A stretch of 60,378 bases of DNA from an uncultured Clavibacter sp. (GTDB lineage: Bacteria; Actinomycetota; Actinomycetes; Nanopelagicales; Nanopelagicaceae): NCBI GenBank assembly GCA_964500885.1, contig CAZCQR010000001.1, positions 1-60,378 on the forward strand, in the 5' to 3' direction. Position 1 is the first letter of the stretch, and each line of letters begins with the position of its first letter. The notes under the pieces were generated by a model. It had not been told where the DNA came from, made no database searches, and was given only the letters and a program-made list of their open reading frames with translations. A program made the translations under genes and the position numbers. Below are positions 18,537 through 31,594 of this stretch, piece by piece.

Positions 18537-20614
18537 CCAGAGCACTTACCAAGACACCCAGGGCTGATAAGCCATTTAAGGTAATAAGTGAATTCAAACC
18601 TGCAGGCGATCAACCAAGTGCAATTTCCGATCTGGAGAATCGAGTCAACAGCGGAGAACGCGATGTAGTTCTCTTGGGCGCAACCGGAACAGGAAAATCT
18701 GCGACCATTGCCTGGCTAATTGAGAAAGTGCAGCGACCTACTTTAATAATTGCTCCAAATAAAACTTTGGCTGCGCAATTGGCAAATGAATTTCGAGAAT
18801 TAATGCCAGAAAACGCAATTGAATACTTTGTTTCTTACTATGACTACTATCAACCAGAAGCTTATGTGCCACAGACAGATACCTTCATTGAAAAAGATGC
18901 CTCGATAAACTCAGAAGTAGAAAGACTTCGTTATTCGGCTACCTATTCGCTTCTTACACGAAGAGATGTAGTGGTTGTTGCAACAGTTTCCTGTATATAC
19001 GGTCTAGGTACGCCTCAAGAATATATAGATCGAATGATTCATATTCATGTAGGGGATACGATTGATCGTAACTCGCTGTTACGTAAATTTGTCGAAGTTC
19101 AGTATAAGAGAAATGACATTGCGTTCGAACGTGGAACTTTTAGAGTAAGAGGGGACACGATTGAAATCATTCCGGTATATGAGGAACTTGCAATCAGAAT
19201 TGAGATGTTCGGTGATGAAATTGAGCGCCTAACAACATTAAATCCCTTGACAGGGGAAATAATCAACGAAGCAAATGAAGTCTTTATATTTCCAGCTACG
19301 CATTATTCGGCAAGTCCTGAGACTATGAAACGAGCAATCTCCCAGATTGAATCTGAATTGGGTACAAGACTCCAAGAGTTAGAACGTCAGAACAAATTAT
19401 TGGAAGCGCAGCGCCTTCGCATGCGGACTCAATTTGATTTGGAAATGATTTCCCAACTCGGTTTCTGCTCTGGAATTGAAAATTACTCTAGGCATATTGA
19501 TGGTCGAGATGTTGGATCACCACCAAACTGTTTATTAGATTATTTTCCAGAAGACTTTCTCTGTGTCATAGATGAATCTCACATCACCGTACCTCAAATT
19601 GGAGCGATGCAAGAAGGAGATGCTTCTCGTAAACGAACACTCGTGGAACACGGATTTAGATTGCCGAGTGCGCTGGATAATCGACCATTGACCTTTACAG
19701 AGTTTCTAGAGCGAACGCCTCAGAAAATTTATCTCTCCGCAACGCCTGGGCCATATGAACTGGAACAAACTAAGGGTATCTACGTAGAGCAGGTAATTAG
19801 GCCGACAGGACTTGTCGATCCAAAGATAGTTTTGAAGCCAACGAAGAATCAGATTGACGATTTAATGGGCGAGATAAAGATTCGCGCAGATCGAAATGAG
19901 CGAATACTTGTTACTACTCTTACTAAGAAAATGGCTGAGGATTTAACTGATTACTTTACAAATGCCGGTATAAGAGTTCGATATTTACATTCAGAAGTAG
20001 ATACCTTGCGTCGCGTTGAATTACTCCGCGAATTAAGATTAGGCGAATATGATGTTCTGATCGGAATTAACCTTCTTCGTGAGGGTTTAGATTTACCGGA
20101 AGTCTCTCTTGTAGCAATTCTGGATGCCGATAAAGAAGGATTTTTGAGATCCACACGTTCGCTCATTCAAACTATTGGCCGAGCGGCTCGAAATGTCTCT
20201 GGTGAAGTGCATATGTATGGCGACAATCTGACAGATTCGATGAAGAATGCTATTGATGAAACCAATCGCCGCCGCGCAAAGCAAGAGTCCTATAACAAAG
20301 AACATGGAATTGACCCCGCGCCATTGCGAAAGAAAATTGCCGATATCACAGATTTGATTGAAAAAGAGAGTGAAGATACGGCGAAACTGATTCCAACTGG
20401 AAAGCGGGGAGCCAGCGAAACGCCAGTTGGCGTACATGCAAAATCACTCGTAGCCTTACCGCGCGCAGAGCTACTCGGTTTAATAGATTCGCTTACTGAG
20501 CAGATGAGAAATGCTGCCGCCGAACTTCAATTTGAACTGGCCGCTCGGTTGCGAGATGAAATTCGTGAGTTGAAGCGAGAACTTAGAAGTATGGATGAAG
20601 GGGGAGTGAAATGA
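18533..20614 (+). CDS. uvrB: Excinuclease ABC subunit B
   Basis: 693 aa with helicase motif I GATGTGKS and the C-terminal UVR domain ([16 protein letters not shown]). ATGA overlap with coaE. Confidence 0.97.
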   Translation: MTRALTKTPRADKPFKVISEFKPAGDQPSAISDLENRVNSGERDVVLLGATGTGKSATIAWLIEKVQRPTLIIAPNKTLAAQLANEFRELMPENAIEYFVSYYDYYQPEAYVPQTDTFIEKDASINSEVERLRYSATYSLLTRRDVVVVATVSCIYGLGTPQEYIDRMIHIHVGDTIDRNSLLRKFVEVQYKRNDIAFERGTFRVRGDTIEIIPVYEELAIRIEMFGDEIERLTTLNPLTGEIINEANEVFIFPATHYSASPETMKRAISQIESELGTRLQELERQNKLLEAQRLRMRTQFDLEMISQLGFCSGIENYSRHIDGRDVGSPPNCLLDYFPEDFLCVIDESHITVPQIGAMQEGDASRKRTLVEHGFRLPSALDNRPLTFTEFLERTPQKIYLSATPGPYELEQTKGIYVEQVIRPTGLVDPKIVLKPTKNQIDDLMGEIKIRADRNERILVTTLTKKMAEDLTDYFTNAGIRVRYLHSEVDTLRRVELLRELRLGEYDVLIGINLLREGLDLPEVSLVAILDADKEGFLRSTRSLIQTIGRAARNVSGEVHMYGDNLTDSMKNAIDETNRRRAKQESYNKEHGIDPAPLRKKIADITDLIEKESEDTAKLIPTGKRGASETPVGVHAKSLVALPRAELLGLIDSLTEQMRNAAAELQFELAARLRDEIRELKRELRSMDEGGVK

Positions 20615-23454
20615 GCGCTGATCGTTTAGTAGTTAGAGGCGCCAGGGAGCACAACCTCAAAAACGTTTCAATTGATTTACCGAGAAACGCCCTCATCGTC
20701 TTTACAGGCTTGAGCGGTTCCGGCAAATCATCTCTTGCTTTTGACACAATTTTTGCTGAAGGCCAGCGCAGATACGTTGAGTCCCTCTCTGCTTACGCAA
20801 GACAATTTCTCGGTCAGATGGATAAGCCAGATGTAGATTTTATTGAGGGTCTTTCACCTGCGGTCTCAATTGACCAGAAATCGACCAATAGAAATCCTCG
20901 ATCAACTGTCGGAACGATCACCGAAGTTTATGATTATTTACGTTTATTGTTTGCAAGAGCAGGAAAACCACACTGTCCAAAATGCGGAAAACCAATCGCA
21001 AAGCAAACTCCGCAGAACATTGTTGATCAAATACTCGCCCTTCCTCCAGAGACAAAATTTCAAGTTCTTGCACCAATAATTAGAGCTAGAAAGGGTGAAT
21101 TCGCTGATCTCTTTAAAGATCTTGCTGCTCAAGGCTACTCAAGAGCTCGCGTTGATGGGGTGACGATTCAACTAAGTGATCCGCCAAAGTTAAAGAAGCA
21201 AGAGAAGCACACAATCGAAGCAGTTATCGATCGCTTGACTGCTAAATCTGAATCCAAGCAGAGATTAACGGACTCAATCGAAACTGCACTCAAGTTAGCC
21301 AACGGTCTAGTTACGCTGGAATTTGTCGAAGCGAAAGAGAAATCGGAGAAAGAACGAACCTATAGCGAACTTCTCGCTTGCCATGATTGCGGAATATCAA
21401 TTCAAGAGATGGAACCACGATCATTTTCCTTTAACTCCCCATTTGGCGCCTGTCCAGAATGCACAGGAATTGGATCAAAACTTGAAGTTGACGAGGAATT
21501 GATAATTCCGGATGATGAAATCTCAATAAATGAAGGCGCCATCGCGCCATGGTCTGGCGGTCAATCTTCAGAGTATTTCTTAAATCTATTGGAAGCCCTT
21601 GCCAAGGACATCAAATTCTCTCTGGATACTCCATGGAAAAAACTCTCGGCAAAAGCTAGAGAAGCGATTTTAAATGGCTACGAGTATGAAGTTCACGTTA
21701 AGTATAAGAATCGGTACGGTCGAGTTCGAAGTTACTCGACGGGTTTTGAAGGAGTAAAACCATTTATTGAAAGACGGCATAGCGAAACTGATAGCGATTA
21801 CAGCCGAGAAAAATACGAAGCGTATATGCGCGAAACTCCTTGTCCGGTATGTAAAGGAACGAGATTAAAACCAGAAGTTTTGGCAGTTACCCTATCTGGC
21901 AAAAATATTGCTGAAATCTGCGAACTCTCTATTGATGAATGCGCAAAATTCCTTAAAGAGATAAAACTTGGTTCAAGAGAAGCCAAGATTGCAGAGCGCG
22001 TTATGAAAGAGGTTAACGCGCGTCTGGGATTCCTTTTAGATGTAGGTCTGGAGTATCTAACTCTCGCCAGACCTGCAGCATCTCTATCTGGAGGCGAGGC
22101 GCAACGAATTCGATTGGCGACACAGATTGGTTCTGGATTAGTTGGAGTCCTTTATGTTTTGGATGAGCCATCTATCGGTTTGCACCAGAGAGATAACAAA
22201 CGCCTAATTGAAACTTTGACTCATTTACGAGATTTAGGGAACACCTTAATTGTTGTTGAACATGACGAAGAGACTATCCGTACTGCGGATTGGGTAGTTG
22301 ATATTGGACCTGGCGCCGGAGAGCATGGTGGCGAGATAGTTGTCTCAGGCAGTCTGGAAGAGCTCATTAACTCAAAAAGGTCGATTACCGGTTCATATAT
22401 CTCAGGTCGGACTCAAATTGAAGTACCAAAGAAGCGCCGAGAGTTCAATGGAAAGAAATCTCTGGTAATAAAAGAAGCTAAAGAGAATAATCTAAAGTCG
22501 ATTGATGTAACTATTCCATTGGGACTCTTTGTATCTGTAACAGGAGTGAGTGGATCAGGAAAATCAACCTTAGTAAATGACATCCTTTATTCGGTTCTTG
22601 CGAATAAGTTAAATGGTGCTCGAATCGTTCCTGGCAGACATCGCACCATTACCGGGATTGAGCAGTTAGACAAAGTTGTACATGTGGACCAATCGCCGAT
22701 TGGTAGAACTCCAAGATCCAATCCTGCAACATATACTGGGGTCTTCGACAAAGTTCGTGCGCTATTTGCTGAGACTAATGAAGCCAAAATTCGCGGTTAT
22801 CAGCAGGGAAGATTCTCATTTAACGTCAAAGGCGGTAGATGCGAAAACTGTGCTGGTGACGGCACGATAACAATCGAAATGAATTTCTTACCTGACGTTT
22901 ATGTTCCCTGTGAAGTTTGCCATGGCGCTCGCTACAACCGAGAAACTTTGGAAGTCCATTACAAAGGAAAGACCATTTCTGAAGTTCTGGATATGCCAAT
23001 TGAGAGGGCGACTGAATTCTTTGAATCAATTCCAGCGATTCATAGATACCTAAAAACTTTATGTGATGTTGGACTTGGATATGTGCGACTCGGTCAATCG
23101 GCGCCAACTCTCTCTGGTGGGGAAGCGCAACGAGTAAAACTAGCAACGGAATTACAACGTCGCTCTACCGGAAGAACGATTTACGTGCTAGACGAACCAA
23201 CCACTGGTCTGCACTTCGAAGATGTCCGAAAGCTTCTTATGGTTTTACAGCGCTTAGTCGATTCTGGAAATACCGTAGTTGTAATTGAACATAATTTAGA
23301 TGTAATCAAATCTGCAGATTGGGTTATAGATCTTGGCCCCGAAGGCGGTTCTGGAGGCGGTACTGTAATCGTTGAAGGAACGCCTGAATTCGTGGCAAAG
23401 GATAAATCAAGCTATACCGGAAAATTCTTGGCAAGCGCTCTAAAGAATAAGTAG
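20611..23454 (+). CDS. uvrA: Excinuclease ABC subunit A
   Basis: 947 aa with two ABC modules ([18 protein letters not shown]; LSGGEAQR twice) and Cys-rich zinc modules. ATGA overlap with uvrB. Confidence 0.97.
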   Translation: MSADRLVVRGAREHNLKNVSIDLPRNALIVFTGLSGSGKSSLAFDTIFAEGQRRYVESLSAYARQFLGQMDKPDVDFIEGLSPAVSIDQKSTNRNPRSTVGTITEVYDYLRLLFARAGKPHCPKCGKPIAKQTPQNIVDQILALPPETKFQVLAPIIRARKGEFADLFKDLAAQGYSRARVDGVTIQLSDPPKLKKQEKHTIEAVIDRLTAKSESKQRLTDSIETALKLANGLVTLEFVEAKEKSEKERTYSELLACHDCGISIQEMEPRSFSFNSPFGACPECTGIGSKLEVDEELIIPDDEISINEGAIAPWSGGQSSEYFLNLLEALAKDIKFSLDTPWKKLSAKAREAILNGYEYEVHVKYKNRYGRVRSYSTGFEGVKPFIERRHSETDSDYSREKYEAYMRETPCPVCKGTRLKPEVLAVTLSGKNIAEICELSIDECAKFLKEIKLGSREAKIAERVMKEVNARLGFLLDVGLEYLTLARPAASLSGGEAQRIRLATQIGSGLVGVLYVLDEPSIGLHQRDNKRLIETLTHLRDLGNTLIVVEHDEETIRTADWVVDIGPGAGEHGGEIVVSGSLEELINSKRSITGSYISGRTQIEVPKKRREFNGKKSLVIKEAKENNLKSIDVTIPLGLFVSVTGVSGSGKSTLVNDILYSVLANKLNGARIVPGRHRTITGIEQLDKVVHVDQSPIGRTPRSNPATYTGVFDKVRALFAETNEAKIRGYQQGRFSFNVKGGRCENCAGDGTITIEMNFLPDVYVPCEVCHGARYNRETLEVHYKGKTISEVLDMPIERATEFFESIPAIHRYLKTLCDVGLGYVRLGQSAPTLSGGEAQRVKLATELQRRSTGRTIYVLDEPTTGLHFEDVRKLLMVLQRLVDSGNTVVVIEHNLDVIKSADWVIDLGPEGGSGGGTVIVEGTPEFVAKDKSSYTGKFLASALKNK

Positions 23455-23461
23455 AAGAAAA

Positions 23462-25369
23462 ATGGAAATCAGTTATCGCCCTTCCGTTATTCCTGATGAA
23501 CCGGGCGTGTATAGATTCTTTGACGAAGCGGGAAAAGTTCTATATGTAGGTAAGGCTAAGTCTCTGAAGAATCGCCTCAATTCTTACTTTCAGAAGACTG
23601 TTTCTGAGAAAACAGAGAGGCTTGTAAAAGCTGCCAGTCGCGTTGATTGGACTTTGGTTGATACTGAAGTAGAAGCCCTGCAACTTGAATTCACGTGGAT
23701 CAAGGAGGAGAACCCACCATTTAACGTGCAATTTAAAGACGACAAGTCTTATCCGTTTCTTGCTATAAGCGTTAAGGAAGAGTTTCCAAGAATCTTCATT
23801 ACGCGAAAAGAGAAGATTAAAGGTATTAAGTATTTCGGACCCTACGCTCATTCTTGGGCGCTACGTACTACTTACGATTTGTTGCTGGAAACATTCCCAA
23901 TCCGCTCATGCTCTTCGAGTAATTTTGAGAAAGCAAAACGAAGCATGAGACATTGCTTGCTTGGCGATATCGGAAAATGTTCAGCGCCATGCGTCTCTCG
24001 CGTTACTGAAACGGAACATCGAGAGTTAGTTAATCGATTGATTAAGTTTATGGAGCAAGGCGGAAACGACATCGAATCTCATCTAAAAGAAGCTATGGCA
24101 AAGGCTTCTGCCGATGAAGATTTCGAAAGAGCCGCCAAGATTCGTGACCGCCTTCGAGCCCTTGAAGTCGCGAGTGAATCCAGTGAAGCTGCGATATCAG
24201 ATTCGATAACTGGAGATTTCATTGCCTTACATGACGATATAACTCATTCGGCGGCTTCAATTTTCAAAGTCAGATTTGGAAGGGTGGTTGGTTCGCGTTC
24301 CTGGATCATAGATAGATCGAACCTGCTAGATGAGCAAGATCTCTTAGGTGCGACGCTCGACTTGATTTATCGAGATTCAGAGACGCCAAAAGATATCTAC
24401 TTAAATATCTCTATTCCAGATTTAGCAAATTTGGAAGAATTGTTATCGACTCGATCTGGCCACAGAGTTGATATAACAATCCCAGAACGTGGCGAAAAAG
24501 TTGAAATCCTCAACACGGTAAAGAGAAATGCCCAGCAATCTTTGATTCAGTTCTTAAGTAAGCGAGCAAATGATGCTGGCGTCTCTGGAAGAGCGCTTGA
24601 AGAGCTTGCTGCCGCGCTGGATTTGGAGCAGCTCCCACTGCGAATTGAATGTTTTGATATCTCGAATATCCAAGGAACTTCGGTCGTTGCATCTATGGTC
24701 GTATTCGAGGATGGACAACCAAAGAAGAGTGATTATCGAAGATTTGGCATTGATGATAAAGAGAAATTTGATGATACAAGAGCGATGCATCATGTAATCA
24801 CTCGGAGATTTAAGCGCTACTTGGCTGAAAAGGATTTGGAGTTAAGTGAAATTGCTGGAAGTGCGAAGCCAAAGTTTGCGTATCCGCCACAACTTGTAAT
24901 TGTTGACGGCGGAAGAGGACAAGTAAATGCAGCTGCACGCGCTCTGGCTGAATTAGGAATTACGGATGTGGCACTTGTTGGGTTGGCTAAACGGCTAGAG
25001 GAAATTTGGTTTCCAGATAGGACCTATCCAGTTGTTCTACCGAGAAATAGCGAATCGCTCTATCTAGTTCAGCGAATTCGAGATGAGGCTCATAGATTTG
25101 CAATTACTTTCCATCGTTCAAAGCGTTCCAAGTTAATGCTCGAATCTCTACTAGATGAGGTTCCTGGACTCGGAGAAACACGGCGCTTATCATTGCTTGA
25201 ACATTTTGGATCGATAGCAGAACTACGTAAAAGCAATCTAGAGCAGGTTGCTGCGGTCCCTGGAATCGGTGAAAAAACAGCGTCTGCAATCTTCGAAGCG
25301 CTCGCTATAGAGAATTCGTCCTATCAGATTGACACAACCACCGGTGAAATTAAGAATGAAGGTCCTTGA
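23462..25369 (+). CDS. uvrC: Excinuclease ABC subunit C
   Basis: 635 aa with a GIY-YIG N-terminus (GVYRFFDEAGKVLYVGKA), a UVR domain (EDFERAAKIRDRL) and a C-terminal HhH (VPGIGEKTA). Confidence 0.96.
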   Translation: MEISYRPSVIPDEPGVYRFFDEAGKVLYVGKAKSLKNRLNSYFQKTVSEKTERLVKAASRVDWTLVDTEVEALQLEFTWIKEENPPFNVQFKDDKSYPFLAISVKEEFPRIFITRKEKIKGIKYFGPYAHSWALRTTYDLLLETFPIRSCSSSNFEKAKRSMRHCLLGDIGKCSAPCVSRVTETEHRELVNRLIKFMEQGGNDIESHLKEAMAKASADEDFERAAKIRDRLRALEVASESSEAAISDSITGDFIALHDDITHSAASIFKVRFGRVVGSRSWIIDRSNLLDEQDLLGATLDLIYRDSETPKDIYLNISIPDLANLEELLSTRSGHRVDITIPERGEKVEILNTVKRNAQQSLIQFLSKRANDAGVSGRALEELAAALDLEQLPLRIECFDISNIQGTSVVASMVVFEDGQPKKSDYRRFGIDDKEKFDDTRAMHHVITRRFKRYLAEKDLELSEIAGSAKPKFAYPPQLVIVDGGRGQVNAAARALAELGITDVALVGLAKRLEEIWFPDRTYPVVLPRNSESLYLVQRIRDEAHRFAITFHRSKRSKLMLESLLDEVPGLGETRRLSLLEHFGSIAELRKSNLEQVAAVPGIGEKTASAIFEALAIENSSYQIDTTTGEIKNEGP

Positions 25370-25390
25370 CATGGATAGCATGATTAAGCC

Positions 25391-26263
25391 ATGACAAGGG
25401 AAGTTGTAGTAATTACCGGAATGAGCGGCGCTGGTCGTTCGACAGTAGCTCATTCAATGGAAGATGCTGGCTGGTATGTAATTGATAATTTGCCGCCACA
25501 ACTTCTCGGGGCACTTCTTGAGTTGACAGAACAAACTAGCGATTCTGTCGCCGTTGTAATTGATGTTCGCGGGCGCCAATTTTTCGATCAACTCAATAGA
25601 GCACTTGCTGAATTAGCAGAGCGTGGGGTAATTCGAAAAATTGTCTTTGTCGACGCTGCGGATGAAGTATTGATTCGTCGATTCGAATCATCGAGAAGAC
25701 CTCATCCGCTCCAAGGAAATGATCGAATCTTGGATGGAATTGAGCGAGAACGAACCAAACTTCACGATTTGAGAGCAGGCGCAGATCTGGTCGTTGATAC
25801 TTCTCAACTGAATATTCATCAGTTAGAGAGAAAAATTAATGAGCTCTTTCAAAGTGGCTCACTTGCATCATTGAAAGTGAATCTTCTTTCGTTCGGGTAC
25901 AAATTTGGAATCCCAGCAGATGCAGACTTGGTTATGGATTGTCGATTCATTCCTAATCCGCATTGGCAGCCTGAGTTACGTCCTAAGAATGGTTTGGATT
26001 CGGATGTCAGCAAAGCAGTGCTAAGTGCGGCAGAAGTTCCAGAATTCTTAGATCGATATGTTGCAATGTTTGAAAGTATCGCACGGGGTTATCTCCATGA
26101 GGGTAAGAAATTTATAACTCTGGCCATTGGATGTACCGGAGGCAAACATAGAAGTGTTGCAATAGCTGAAGAGCTTGCAAAACGATTAAATGGAATGACT
26201 GTTGCAAAAGATGGGGAAGTTTCGGCCCATGCAATTCACCGTGATTTAGGACGCGAACGTTAA
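25391..26263 (+). CDS. rapZ: RNase adapter / P-loop NTPase RapZ (YvcJ family)
   Basis: 290 aa with GMSGAGRST Walker A and a C-terminal GCTGGKHRSV motif. Confidence 0.93.
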   Translation: MTREVVVITGMSGAGRSTVAHSMEDAGWYVIDNLPPQLLGALLELTEQTSDSVAVVIDVRGRQFFDQLNRALAELAERGVIRKIVFVDAADEVLIRRFESSRRPHPLQGNDRILDGIERERTKLHDLRAGADLVVDTSQLNIHQLERKINELFQSGSLASLKVNLLSFGYKFGIPADADLVMDCRFIPNPHWQPELRPKNGLDSDVSKAVLSAAEVPEFLDRYVAMFESIARGYLHEGKKFITLAIGCTGGKHRSVAIAEELAKRLNGMTVAKDGEVSAHAIHRDLGRER

Positions 26264-26270
26264 TTTAGAA

Positions 26271-27230
26271 ATGACCGAGACAAAGGTTGTGGCATTTGGC
26301 GGCGGACATGGTCTGGCAGCAACTCTGCGAGCGCTTCGAATGCTTCCCATAGATATTACGGCGATAGTTACTGTTGCAGATAATGGCGGTTCAAGTGGTC
26401 GATTGAGAAAAGAATTTAATTCCTTACCTCCTGGCGATCTTCGAATGGCGCTCGCGGCGCTCTGTGCCGATGATGAATGGGGCAGAAGCTGGGCCGATTT
26501 AATGCAATATCGATTTACTTCAGATGGTGATTTGAATGGACATGCAATAGGTAACCTACTTCTTTCTGCACTTTGGGATAGAGAGATCGATCCCGTAAAA
26601 GGATTAGAAAAAGTTGGCGAGTTACTAAAGGTTGTAGGTCGAGTTTTGCCTATGTCTAATGAGCCATTAGATATTGAGGGAACTTTTCGCACTTGGCAAG
26701 GAATGCAAGTTGTAAGAGGTCAGAAGGAGGTAGCTATAGCCAAAGGCTCCTTAGAAGATTTACAGCTTCTGCCAGATTCGGCGATGCCTACAACGGAAGG
26801 AATTCAGGCAATCGCAGATGCTGATTGGTTGATTTTTGGTCCTGGTTCTTGGTTCTCAAGCGTTCTTCCTCATTTTCTCTTATCTTCTCAACGTGAGGCT
26901 ATCTACAAATCGACTGCAAGAAAGATCTTGGTCCTTAACTTAGATGCAAATAGCAATATGAGTGGCGATGAGCTTGCCGGGACCTCGCCTGCGGATCATT
27001 TGAAGGTGCTCCGTAAATTTGCACCGCAGTTAACTTGTGACTTCGCTCTTGCTGATCATTCCATTACTACATCTCAAGGTGCTTTTCAAGAACTCTCTGC
27101 GATATTGAAAGAGATGGGCGGTACTTTAATTGTGAGCGATCTCGCAACGAATCCAGGCAGTAATCAGCATGATCACGAAAAATTATTTTCTGAATTCCGC
27201 AACATTATTGCGAGTGAAGTGATTAGATAA
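26271..27230 (+). CDS. yvcK: YvcK/CofD-family protein (gluconeogenesis factor / CuvA-like)
   Basis: 319 aa with FGGGHGL and [12 protein letters not shown] motifs. It belongs to the conserved rapZ-yvcK-whiA triad. Confidence 0.88.
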   Translation: MTETKVVAFGGGHGLAATLRALRMLPIDITAIVTVADNGGSSGRLRKEFNSLPPGDLRMALAALCADDEWGRSWADLMQYRFTSDGDLNGHAIGNLLLSALWDREIDPVKGLEKVGELLKVVGRVLPMSNEPLDIEGTFRTWQGMQVVRGQKEVAIAKGSLEDLQLLPDSAMPTTEGIQAIADADWLIFGPGSWFSSVLPHFLLSSQREAIYKSTARKILVLNLDANSNMSGDELAGTSPADHLKVLRKFAPQLTCDFALADHSITTSQGAFQELSAILKEMGGTLIVSDLATNPGSNQHDHEKLFSEFRNIIASEVIR

Positions 27231-27235
27231 CGCTC

Positions 27236-28213
27236 ATGGCAATGACCGCTTCGGTAAAAGACGAATTGAGTCGATTATCTGTCTCTAAACCATGTTGTAG
27301 AAAAGCTGAAGTCTCTTCAATCTTGAGATTTGCTGGTGGACTTCATTTAACAGCTGGCAAAATTATGGTTGAAATTGAATTAGATACAGCCCAAGCTGCA
27401 CGTAGAGTTCGTAAAGATATTGGCGATATCTATGGACACGAATCTGATCTCGCTGTTATTAGCGCTGGCGGCCTTCGTAAGGGAAGTCGCTATTTAGTGC
27501 GAGTTATTAAAGATGGTGATGCGTTAGCGCGCCAAACTGGCTTAGTCGATTCAAATGCTCGTCCGGTTAGAGGTTTACCGCCACAAGTTGTCTCTGCTGG
27601 CGTTTGTGATGCCGAAGCTGCCTGGCGTGGTGCATTTTTAGCTCACGGTTCATTAACAGAGCCTGGTCGTTCATCCGCACTTGAAATTACCTGTCCTGGC
27701 CCTGAAGCAGCTTTAGCACTTGTTGGCGCGGCACGAAGATTAGGAATTACAGCAAAGGCACGAGAAGTGCGCGGCGTTGATCGTGTTGTTATTCGTGATG
27801 GCGATGCAATTGGTGTACTACTAACAAGGTTGGGTGCACATGAAAGCGTTCTTGCATGGGAAGAACGAAGAATGCGACGTGAGGTTCGTGCAACTGCAAA
27901 TCGATTGGCAAATTTTGACGATGCAAATCTTCGGAGATCTGCACGCGCTGCAGTTGCCGCTTCTGCAAGAGTTCAACGCGCTTTAGAAATTCTCGGTGAT
28001 GAGATTCCTGGCCATCTTCGGGAAGCAGGAGAGTTACGAATTAATCACGGACAGGCGAGCCTTGAGGAATTAGGCTCTCTGGCTTCACCGCCAATGACGA
28101 AAGATGCGATTGCAGGTCGAATCCGAAGATTGCTTGCGATGGCAGATAAGCGCGCCTCGGAATTGGGAATCCCAGATACTGAGGCAGGGTTAACACCAGA
28201 TCTGCTCAACTAA
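27236..28213 (+). CDS. whiA: Sporulation/cell-division transcription factor WhiA
   Basis: 325 aa with a degenerate LAGLIDADG-type N-terminal domain and a C-terminal HTH ([22 protein letters not shown]). Confidence 0.95.
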   Translation: MAMTASVKDELSRLSVSKPCCRKAEVSSILRFAGGLHLTAGKIMVEIELDTAQAARRVRKDIGDIYGHESDLAVISAGGLRKGSRYLVRVIKDGDALARQTGLVDSNARPVRGLPPQVVSAGVCDAEAAWRGAFLAHGSLTEPGRSSALEITCPGPEAALALVGAARRLGITAKAREVRGVDRVVIRDGDAIGVLLTRLGAHESVLAWEERRMRREVRATANRLANFDDANLRRSARAAVAASARVQRALEILGDEIPGHLREAGELRINHGQASLEELGSLASPPMTKDAIAGRIRRLLAMADKRASELGIPDTEAGLTPDLLN

Positions 28214-28226
28214 GATACTTTTCCGT

Positions 28227-28235
28227 TGATAGAAT
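28227..28235 (+). promoter_or_regulatory. Candidate extended -10 promoter TGATAGAAT for gap-pgk-tpiA
   Basis: TGn plus TAGAAT, 47 nt upstream of ATG 28283. The gap gene has its own SD (ACGAGG). Confidence 0.4.
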
Positions 28236-28261
28236 TCAATCCCACGGCGTTGTGGCATTAA

Positions 28262-29284
<1,023 letters not shown>

Positions 29285-29287
29285 CCA

Positions 29288-30487
29288 TTGTTGGCTGAAC
29301 TCAAACCCGAAGTCATCACTGGCAAGCGGGTTTTTCTAAGATGTGATCTCAACGTTCCTCTTGCTAAAAGTGATAACGGGAAACTTGTCATTACTGACGA
29401 TGGCAGAATCAGAGCTTCATTACCAACCATCAAATTGATATTGGACTCTGGCGCTTCATTAGTTATTTGCGCTCATCTCGGTCGTCCAAAAGGTGAGCGT
29501 AAACCTGAATTATCACTGCGCCCAATTGCCGATCGACTCTCAGAGTTGCTGGGTAAGAATGTTGAGTTTGCCGATGATGTGACAAGCTCGAACACTAGTA
29601 CGTTGGCAGAAAACTTAAAGTCTGGCGAAATACTCCTTTTAGAAAATATTCGTTTCGAATCCGCTGAAACTTCTAAGGAGGAAAGTGAACGAAGAGCGCT
29701 TGCCGAGACTCTGGCAAAGCTTGGAGATTTCTATGTCGGTGATGGCTTTGGTGCAGTGCATAGAAAACATGCATCAGTCTTCGAACTTGCAAAAATTTTG
29801 CCTCATGCAGCTGGAAAATTAATTGCAGCCGAGGTTTCGGTGTTACAGCAATTGACAGTTAATCCTGCTCGTCCTTACACAGTCGTGCTGGGCGGCGCCA
29901 AGGTTTCGGACAAAATCGGTGTCATTACCAATTTGCTTCAAAAAGTTGATCGGATCGCCATTGGTGGGGGAATGGTATTTACATTTCTTAAAGCAACTGG
30001 ATATGAAGTAGGAAAATCTCTCCTTGAATTAGATTCATTAGAAACAGTAAATGAAATTCTAAAAAAAGCGAAAGATTTAGGTGTAGAAATATTATTGCCA
30101 ACTGATGTTGTGGTAGCTCCAAGTTTTGCTGACGAACTGCCAAAAGTAGTTTCGGTTGCCGAGATTCCATCTGACCAGATTGGGCTTGATATCGGCCCAG
30201 ATAGCTCAGAAAGATTTGCCGCGGCTATCGAGAGTTCCGCAACTGTTTTTTGGAATGGCCCGATGGGAGTTTTTGAGTTTTCAAATTTTGCCGAAGGAAC
30301 TCGAAAGATTGCCAAAGCGCTAACGAAGGTAAATGGATTATCTGTTGTCGGTGGCGGTGATTCAGCTGCTGCTGTTCGCAAACTTGGATTTAAAGATAGC
30401 GACTTTGGGTACATATCGACCGGCGGAGGAGCATCTCTCGAGTATCTTGAGGGCAAGGAATTGCCGGGCCTTATCGCCTTGCAATAA
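29288..30487 (+). CDS. pgk: Phosphoglycerate kinase
   Basis: 399 aa with RCDLNVPL, FWNGPMGVFE and GGGDSAAA motifs. TTG start. Confidence 0.96.
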   Translation: MLAELKPEVITGKRVFLRCDLNVPLAKSDNGKLVITDDGRIRASLPTIKLILDSGASLVICAHLGRPKGERKPELSLRPIADRLSELLGKNVEFADDVTSSNTSTLAENLKSGEILLLENIRFESAETSKEESERRALAETLAKLGDFYVGDGFGAVHRKHASVFELAKILPHAAGKLIAAEVSVLQQLTVNPARPYTVVLGGAKVSDKIGVITNLLQKVDRIAIGGGMVFTFLKATGYEVGKSLLELDSLETVNEILKKAKDLGVEILLPTDVVVAPSFADELPKVVSVAEIPSDQIGLDIGPDSSERFAAAIESSATVFWNGPMGVFEFSNFAEGTRKIAKALTKVNGLSVVGGGDSAAAVRKLGFKDSDFGYISTGGGASLEYLEGKELPGLIALQ

Positions 30488-30523
30488 GAATTATGGCCAA
30501 ACAAATGAGAGAAGAGTGGAAGC

Positions 30524-31297
30524 GTGCGTAGACCTCTAATTGCTGGCAATTGGAAGATGAACCTCAATCACTTAGAAGCGATCGCGGTTACCCAGAAACT
30601 CGCATATTCACTTGAAGAAAAAGATTTTGAAGCTGTAGATGTAGCCGTTTTCCCTCCCTTTACTGATCTTCGTTCAGTTCAAACTCTCGTTGATGGCGAT
30701 CGGTTGCGCATCTCATATGGCGCTCAAGATATTTCTCCAGAGAAATCAGGAGCATTTACAGGCGATATTTCAGGTTCAATGTTGAAGAAACTGGATTGCA
30801 CATTTGTAATAGTGGGACATTCTGAACGACGCGCAATTCACGTTGAAAGTGATGAGCTACTAAATCGAAAATTGCGAGCTGTGCTAGCAAATGAAATGGT
30901 GCCGATTTTCTGCATCGGTGAAGAGCTGTCGATTAGAGAAACTGGCGCTCATGTTAAATATGTTTTGGATCAACTTAAGTCTGGGCTCAAGGGCTTACAT
31001 AAACCAGATTTGAAAAAGATTGTCTTCGCATATGAACCGGTCTGGGCGATTGGAACTGGAAAAACAGCAACCCCAGAAGATGCGCAGGAAGTTTGCGGAG
31101 CCATTCGTAAAGCACTGGTTCAGATTGGAAGCGAAGAGATTTCAGAGAACGCACGAATCCTTTATGGCGGCTCTGTTAAATCTGCAAATATCGTGGACAT
31201 TATGAGACAACCTGATATCGATGGCGCGCTTGTCGGCGGCGCCAGCCTTGAACCGGAAGAATTTGCTCGTATCTGCAAGTTCCATAGAGTCATCTAG
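30524..31297 (+). CDS. tpiA: Triosephosphate isomerase
   Basis: 257 aa with AGNWKMN, GHSERR and YEPVWAIGTG motifs. GTG start. Confidence 0.96.
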   Translation: MRRPLIAGNWKMNLNHLEAIAVTQKLAYSLEEKDFEAVDVAVFPPFTDLRSVQTLVDGDRLRISYGAQDISPEKSGAFTGDISGSMLKKLDCTFVIVGHSERRAIHVESDELLNRKLRAVLANEMVPIFCIGEELSIRETGAHVKYVLDQLKSGLKGLHKPDLKKIVFAYEPVWAIGTGKTATPEDAQEVCGAIRKALVQIGSEEISENARILYGGSVKSANIVDIMRQPDIDGALVGGASLEPEEFARICKFHRVI

Positions 31298-31350
31298 AGA
31301 TTCATTTAGCGGTAGACTTACCCCCTCAGTAACCGAAGAAGGAGCGAGAA

Positions 31351-31578
31351 TTGGCTTTAGCTTTATCGATAGCTCTAGTTATAACCAGCGTATTGATGAT
31401 CCTCTTGGTTCTCTTGCATAAAGGGAAGGGAAGTGGACTCTCTGACCTATTTGGTGGCGGTCTCTCCTCTACTTATGGCGGTTCTTCTGTTGTTGAAAAG
31501 AATTTGGACCGAATCACGATTGTCGTCGGTGGCCTCTGGTTCTCTTCAGTTATCGCACTTGGTTTAGTACTTAAATAA
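31351..31578 (+). CDS. secG: Preprotein translocase subunit SecG
   Basis: 75 aa with two TM helices flanking LLHKGKGSGLSDLFGGG. The position after tpiA is conserved. Confidence 0.88.
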   Translation: MALALSIALVITSVLMILLVLLHKGKGSGLSDLFGGGLSSTYGGSSVVEKNLDRITIVVGGLWFSSVIALGLVLK

Positions 31579-31594
31579 ATTCTTAGGAGGAAAG

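Noticed and set aside
29938-30567. Long antisense ORFs opposite well-supported genes. These are the 209-aa ORF opposite pgk, 177 aa at 53764-54297 opposite argJ, 181 aa at 11824-12369 opposite pyk, 148 aa at 26246-26692 opposite yvcK, 171 aa at 47124-47639 opposite infC and 130 aa at 35250-35642 opposite tkt.
   Set aside because: Each lies entirely inside a gene with unmistakable conserved motifs on the other strand. Their translations are low-complexity (Ser/Pro/Arg/Ala-rich) with no recognisable motif, and none has an SD or a -10 hexamer at the right spacing. I treat them as shadow ORFs.
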